Source of the DNA: Andalucia godoyi And28
Lineage: Eukaryota > Protista > Jakobida
DNA: 26,533 nucleotides
Assembly: GCA_009859145.1 (NCBI GenBank)
Contig: VRVR01000031.1
Span: forward strand, 276,983-303,515
Direction of reading: 5' to 3'
The notes below the pieces were generated by a model. That model was not told the origin of the DNA. It saw only the letters and a list, made by a program, of their open reading frames with translations, and searched no databases. Each line of letters begins with the position of its first letter. Positions within the stretch are counted from its first letter, which is position 1. This document shows, piece by piece, positions 20,004 through 26,533 of this stretch. Made by a program: the position numbers and the translations under genes.

Positions 20004-21420
20004 TTAAATCCCAAAGCGCGAGGCCGAGGCAGTCTCGAGCATTTCGATGAGTGCGCTGTTGGAAATGAGACTGTTATGATCGTCTTGACTCCCATTCGCT
20101 TTTCGGGAAAACAGGATGGTTGCGTACTCGGCGGATACGGACACGTAGAACAAATACTCGACGGGGACGATTCCGTCGTCATCGGTGGCGAGCAGACAAC
20201 GAGGTTGCGGCAACGTCGGAGAAGCGTGAAACAGCGGTTTGCGCAGCTCCGGGTCCGATTGTACCAGAAACAGGTTGCTGGAAGCACAAAGTTCGAGCGG
20301 GACTTTGTGTTTCGTCATCTTGCGCAGTGCCTTCGTGATGATGGTCGAGTGGCGACGCAGCGATTCATCTTCATCTGGGATGTTCAAAAAGTGGCGAAAT
20401 GCAACACCGTGGCTGATTCGGAGAGGCGGCGGTTTGGATTCAGGCAGAGACTTTTCGGACTCACTGTCTTTCACGGCTTTGAGGATGTTCAGAATGACGT
20501 TGGCAGAGATGGTCATATGGGCAAGCAACTGCGGCGTCACAAAATCCTCGTCACACTCGCCGCAGTGAAATCGGAAGCCAAAGTGTCCTTGTCGAAGCGC
20601 GCGTTCGTTGAGCAGAAACGTGACGAAGTCTGGAAGATCGAATGGGCAAAACGGATGCTGCCACTCGTCGCCGACATAGTCCAACCCCACACAGAAGTTG
20701 TGCAGCAGCTTCTCGCGCAAGTCAAGGTCTTCCACGTCGGTGTTCCGAGAAAGATTAAAAGCACGGCGGATGCCCTCCAACATTACAACGGGTTCGGATT
20801 GAAACATTGCTTGATGATTCGCGTTCTGAGGCGACAACCTGTCTTTGACGGTCGTTACCCAGTCACCAATATCTTCCGATGTTTGATTTCCCGCTGGATA
20901 CGTTGGAATTCCAAGGTCGTTCATGACTTGCGGAGTCAATCGTTTTGCATCCTTGAATTTTCGTTGCAATGCTGCCAGATAGCGCAGTCGAACACGACTA
21001 TCTGGAGGACGAAAGGTAAGATGCTTCATCAACCAGGGGCGCGTCACCAGGTCTTTGGCGCCAACAGACAACTCGGCGTATCCCACTCCGGATGTTTGGT
21101 ACCGATCGCATATCCAGGTAATCAGTTCGCGCAAGATCTTTGGATGCTGGGAGTACATGTCGTCTTTCAGACAGAACCGCCGCGGAAAGAACTCGGGCGT
21201 AAATTTACCTTTGAAGAGCTCTCTTTCGGAACGCGCAGCACTTTTTGTTTTGCATTTGCATAGTAATCGAGGAGATTGTCACCACTGGCAATAGATCCAA
21301 AGTCGATGCTCGTGCAGTTCAATTGTGGACCCTTCAAGCAGGGCGTGGTTGCTCGATCGATGAAATCGCAGGCGAACCGATGACACCTTCCTCATCATCA
21401 TCATCGTTGTTATGTTGTTG
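20004..21420 (-). CDS. Adenosine/AMP deaminase-like (amidohydrolase) protein; 5' part frameshifted and start not identifiable
   Basis: Deaminase motifs in ORF 20004-21158: GVGYAELS, FRFHCGE, LRISHG, LELCASSN, LATDDDG. The frame is open upstream to 21278, and protein-like text continues in two other frames to ~21420. The N-terminal HxH metal ligands are not seen. Confidence 0.75.
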
Positions 21421-21450
21421 TTCCTGATACACTACTTTTTAAAACAGCAT

Positions 21451-24400
21451 CTAGGCTGGCAACATCACTTCCAAATATCCCACTACCGCGGGTCTGACAG
21501 GACAGCTTGGACTACCGCAAATCAAACAACGTATCACCGGGACCTTTGCCACTCTCTGCACGCGCGTTGCAATTTCCTTCTGCATAGCTTCCATTTCCTT
21601 CTTCACCGTTTCGAGATCTCTCTTCGTTTTCTTGGCCACTTCGCGAGCAATCTCTTCATCTGCCTCTTCCTTCATCAGTCGATTCACCGCGTCATCACGG
21701 TTCATTCCAAGATGCAAGAGTGCACTATGCAATCCATCTTGCAGCCATGACGGTGCAACCGGAGAACCATCCTCGCTCATGCGACTCTTCTCCATTTCCT
21801 CCTTGACATCCTCATCACGGGATTGCACTTGCGTGGACTTTGCGATCTCAATTTTTGGCTGCAACGAGGGATGCATAACTTGCTGTTGTTGCGCTTGTGA
21901 TAGAATGTTGGGCAGCTCTGTGCGTGCAGAAGATAAACTGCTCTTCTGTCGCTCTTGAAGAAACCGCAGCATTGGCTGCGATACATGATCCGGTTTGACA
22001 TGCGTCACATCATCGTCCTCGTCGGCAGGCACCGATACGTTGATAGTGTGCTGCTCAACTTTCTTCGCGACAGTTTCGACATCCCGGCCATTCGCCCAGT
22101 TTAGAGTGTTGATAAGATCGTGGAAAATTTCCTGCGCTTTTGCCCTTGCACCTGCATCCATCTGAAAGGAAACAGTCTGTAATTTCTTATCGAGCAGTTG
22201 GACACATTGTTGCTCTGTCAACGGTTTGAACATAATTTGCTCTGGGAATCGGCTTTTCAGTCCTGGATTTGTGTCCAACAGTTCGTCAATCTCCTTTTCA
22301 TACCCGGCAAGAATCACCACCATCTTGCTCATGTACTTCGGATCTGTTAGCATCGACAGCAGCTGCTCGAGAGCTTCAGTACCGTACAAGCTCTTGTTTG
22401 GATGCAATCCATAGGCTTCGTCAATAAAGAGAACACGACCAAGTGCACGTTCCATGACAGCTTCCGTCTTTGGTCTGGTCTGCCCGACAAAGGAGCCAAT
22501 CAAATCCCTGGGAGTAACTTCTTCCACGTCCGCGGACGACAAAAGATCAAGAGTGTAAAAGACTTCACCAATCTTTCTTGCAACAGTTGTCTTACCTGTT
22601 CCAGGAGGGCCCACAAACCTGAAATTGAGCGCTAGCTTGGAAATTGGATCAATACCTTTGTCCCTCCAGAAATCTACTGTTTGTTTCATGGAGATCATCC
22701 TTGTACGGATATCATCGCATCCTACCAACTCTCCAAGAATGGTTTCCAAAGATCGACGGGGCGCGGCGCCAGCAACAAAATCTTCTTCCAAAAGGACTTT
22801 GCTCTGATCCACAGACTCTGAAACAGTCATGTTCTTGCACCGTTTGGCACAGTTTTCTCTCGCTTTCGCAAGCAAGTTGTCCACAGCACCGCCGTTTCCG
22901 AAGTTGGCCTTGCGCTTCATCTTCTTTAGTTCCTCGATCGCCACTTGCTGAACATTTGTCGACACCAAGATATCCAGCTGGTGCACCTTGTTGTTGAAGA
23001 TCCGAAGTAACTCATCCTCGGTAAAATCTGCGAAATAGAATGCTTTTTCGAGGGGGAAACGACGTGCAAGACCCGGGTTCGATACCCGAAGAAGATGCTC
23101 CATTTCATCAGAATACCCGCAGAGAATCACACATCGGTCTTCACTGGCCGTATTCTGGACTTCGGCCACGATAGTGTCTATAACTCCGACCTTGAACGGA
23201 TCTGGAGTACTTCCTGCGATATTGCTGTTCTTGCCACCTGCGATCGGACAAAGCCCGTAGGCTTCGTCAATCACCAAAACACAACCTTCGGCCGCTTTCA
23301 GGATCGCCTTGGTCTGCTGTTCCGAAACACCCAATGCTCCACCGAGAAAATCGGCAGGTTTCTTGACGATCAAGTCGCCCTTGCTGAGAAGACCAAGACC
23401 ACAGATGATTTCTCCAAACAACTTTGCAACCGTCGTCTTCCCAGTTCCAGGACTCCCGAGAAATACTCGATTCAGAAAGAAGTCGGCCAGTTTTTCTTCC
23501 TTCTGTTCTCGAATAAAATTTCCTGCAATCTCTCTACCAATTCCACGAATTGCGTCCTTTACCTCGCCAAGCCCTTCCATTGCAAGCAATCGACGCCAAG
23601 CAGGAATGTCATCCAACACTGGGTGTCCGTCAGTCCCTACCACGTCCGACATGGTAATGAGCCATTCGTCCGGAAACTCGTTCTTCGAACGCAAGCTGAC
23701 GATTCTCCGACTCTGTCGTTGCGACATTTTCTCGATTGCATTCTCGACGGCCCTCGCATTACCAAACCCTTCACGTCCGCGAAGGTAACCAACACGACGA
23801 GAGAGAATGCGCATGATCTTTTCATCATCAAGGTGATATCTGCCATTCTGCTGCTTGGACAGATGTCCTTTGGCAATGACTAACAATTCGGAATCGTCGA
23901 AATCGGAAATATTCATAACCGTTGGAAACCGCGTCGGAAGTCCTTCGTTGAATTCCAAGAGCTTGTCCATTCGACCCTTGTACCCAGCCAGCACAACGGC
24001 CATAGTACCTCTCTTGTTTTCTACTTCTGTTAAAAGCAAATCCAAAACCTTGCCACCTTGACGATCCTGTCCAGGATTAAGTTGATACGCTTCGTCGATG
24101 AACAAAACACCTCCCTTCTCCACAGCTGCAATAACCTTTTTCAACCCATCGATTCCATCATCAACCAATCTTGCACCAGTCGTTTCTTCAAATGCCTTTC
24201 CAGGAAGAATGCCCAGTTCTGACAAGAATTCTGCGTAGATCCGAGCGATGGTCGTTTTTCCAGTACCGGGATTCCCGGTAAGAATGAGACTGCGACGTCC
24301 GATGGAAGGTTTCCCGTTCGTACTGCGAGACTTGTCAAGCAAAATTGTATCATACATATCAAGAAACTGCATCTTGATGTCTTCGACTCCAATTAACTCC

Positions 24401-26337
24401 ATCAATTTGTCAAGTGCCTTGCTCGCTGCACCTTTGATTGTCTTTGCTTCCGATCACCTGGCGAATGCGCTGCTTACTGCACGATCTGACGGACGTGAAG
24501 TGTCAGTAGATGGACTGAATTTCTGCTTTGCTACCGTCAAGACTTCATCACACAAATTCTTGAACAAATCCATCACCGACGAGGGAAGTCCGGTGATGTG
24601 GTCCAAGAATGGTCCTGACGTTTCCGTCAAAAGCTTTTTGGCAGCCAGTGCACACACAGCACCTCGTAGGATGCACTCATTGTCATCAAACCGCTGCAAA
24701 AGGACGGCACTGGACACAAGATCTAAAATTCCAGAGATTTTATCGCACGAAGCAATAATCTCTTTTCTTTCGTTCAAATTGTTTGGCAAGCTGTCGTCAT
24801 TGAGTTTTGACCGACACAGCATCAAAAACAACTGCAGATCTGGTGCGGTTGCTCGACTCATCTTTCCGGCTCTACTAAAGGCAGCCCTCCATTCGTTTTG
24901 AGCGCATTTTTCAAGCACGGTCTTCATTGTGGGCGAAAGTGCAACTTGTGCAAATGCAGGACATTCGCGGAATTCTGTAAATTTCCAGTCGGTCACAAAC
25001 GACAAAATCGCGTTGTCCTTGGGCAAACCACAACCGGCTACTACGAAAGAAAGGAAATCTGTGGTATCATTATCGATGCGAACATTGGTAGACATCTGCA
25101 TGCCTTCGGAGGCAGGCCTGTCACTCGATCGTTGTGGGGCACCGCTCTGCCTATGTTGTTGCGAAGTAGCCATTGTAACACGCCCTTTTCCTGTATCTTG
25201 TGCACAGGGTGTTTTCTCTTTGTTGCGAGAAGCAGCAGAGCGAGCTTGAAGCTTCCGCTGTTCGGCCTTTTCCTTCATTTGTTTGACCTCTTCATCGGTC
25301 TGAGCAGGAAGCTGCTCCTTCGCCACTTTCAAATTGTGTTCTTGAATCTCTGTTTCAAGCCGTAGTCGCTCTGCCTGAAGCTTCCTACGCTCCGAAATCT
25401 GAACATTCTCAATGTCAGCAATCACTTTTTGCAGCTTTGCTTCTCGTTCCGCTTGTTGCACTCTATATGCTGCCTCTTCAACGTCACGCTTGCGCTGTTC
25501 TTCCGCTTCCGCTTTCTTCCGCTTTTCTTCCGCCGCCTGGAGCTTCTCGCAAATCTTGCATATTGAAGGACGTCCTACGTGACACTTGAAATGCAAAGGA
25601 TGACCCTTTTCACAGGTTGACCGCACATCGGAAGTGCACCGCACACTTTCATGTCCTTCAAGTCGATGACACTTGCGTCCACACTTGTGGCCACAAGTCT
25701 CAAACACATATGTGCACGACGACAAACACCCTCCATCAGGAGCGGATTTCTTGAAATCGTCCACCGTTGCCAAGTAGTTTAGCTGGGCCGGGTGCCTATC
25801 GCACCTTACAGGAAGACCGCTCACAACGGACCGACGCGTGTCGTCCGACAGAAAATAGTTAATCTTCTTCCACAATTCTGCGCCTTTCCGATTAGACGCA
25901 TTTGTCAAGGTTTCCATGTCGCCAAACAAAATCATCCCCAAACGAGCACGTGAAAGAAGTACATTCACCCGCTCAGGTTCTGCGAGAAATCCGATGGAGC
26001 GTGAGACATTACTGCGGACCAGAGATGCAACGACAATGTCGGCTTCTTCGCCCTGATAGTTGTCAACGGTTGCAACATAGATTTTTGGTCGTTTGTTGGA
26101 GGCTTTGCCGCTTTGATCTACGTTTTCGCCGGCGCGGATCAAATCCTCAGTATCCAAATCGTTAATGGTGACGTCAAATTCCGCTCGTAGAGCTGCACGA
26201 ATCAGTTGCAGTTGCCCTAAATACGGCGTAAGGATAACAAGTTGGTCGTCCTTGTACTCTTGTTGCAGCAGGTACTTGCAGGTCGCAACAACCATGCCAA
26301 CTTCATAATGATTTGTCTTAGAACATCCTGCATCTTC
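21451..26337 (-). pseudogene. 5'-truncated ZNFX1/Upf1-like SF1 helicase (C-terminal RecA domain only), NF-X1-type Zn region, coiled coil and three SpoVK/CbbX-type AAA+ domains; in-frame TGA at 24454-24456
   Basis: Helicase motifs: SKTNHYE, ILTPYLGQ, TVDNYQGEEADIV, RVNVLLSRAR. Zn cluster: CGHKCGRKCH. Three Walker A (GNPGTGKT, GSPGTGKT, GPPGTGKT) and three Walker B (FIDEAY, VIDEAY, FIDEAY). The two long ORFs are in frame across SSAFAR*SEAKTIKGAASKALDKLMELIG. The frame runs to 26337, where it meets the telomere. Confidence 0.85.
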
Positions 26338-26340
26338 TCA

Positions 26341-26533
26341 GGGTTAGGGTTTAGGGTTAGGGTTTAGGGTTAGGGTTTAGGGTTTAGGGTTTAGGGTTAG
26401 GGTTAGGGTTAGGGTTAGGGTTAGGGTTAGGGTTAGGGTTAGGGTTAGGGTTAGGGTTAGGGTTAGGGTTAGGGTTAGGGTTAGGGTTAGGGTTAGGGTT
26501 AGGGTTAGGGTTAGGGTTAGGGTTAGGGTTGGG
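26341..26533 (+). repeat. Telomeric repeat array (TTAGGG)n with proximal TTTAGGG variants
   Basis: G-rich strand runs 5'->3' toward the window end, the orientation of a true chromosome end. Five TTTAGGG units lie among the first eight full units (26344-26396), then 22 perfect TTAGGG units (26397-26528) and a final TTGGG. Confidence 0.97.

Noticed and set aside
19803-21263. 486-aa plus-strand ORF
   Set aside because: It is the antisense shadow of the deaminase gene, which holds all the recognisable motifs; no domain signal of its own.
1-26340. Prokaryotic or viral origin suggested by PNP, SpoVK-type AAA and deaminase domains and the lack of obvious introns
   Set aside because: The terminal TTAGGG array, ZNFX1-like, KEN and GRL-type genes and the alternating orientations point to a eukaryotic chromosome end. 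Horizontal origin of single genes cannot be judged without phylogenies.

Overview
Gene-dense, apparently intron-poor right-hand chromosome end of an unidentified microbial eukaryote. It terminates in a (TTAGGG)n telomere at 26341-26533. About 11 coding loci are packed with short spacers, and most carry domains typical of innate-immunity or cell-death systems: a PNP/MTA-SAH-type nucleosidase, a Roco (Roc-COR) GTPase, a zinc-finger/kinase/KEN-RNase, a dynamin-like GTPase fused to a trypsin-like protease, an adenosine-deaminase-like protein, and a ZNFX1/Upf1-like helicase fused to three SpoVK/CbbX-type AAA+ domains. There are also two gustatory-receptor-like 7TM paralogues. The main discovery is that the divergently transcribed Roco and nucleosidase genes share a ~100-aa helical, death-fold-like domain (Roco C-terminus, nucleosidase N-terminus; 29/69 identities by hand). 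This suggests a homotypic sensor-effector pair. The helicase gene is cut mid-domain by the telomere. Several genes carry single in-frame stops or frameshifts, which could be early decay or consensus errors; the sequence alone cannot separate these. All family calls come from motif recognition, with no database search.
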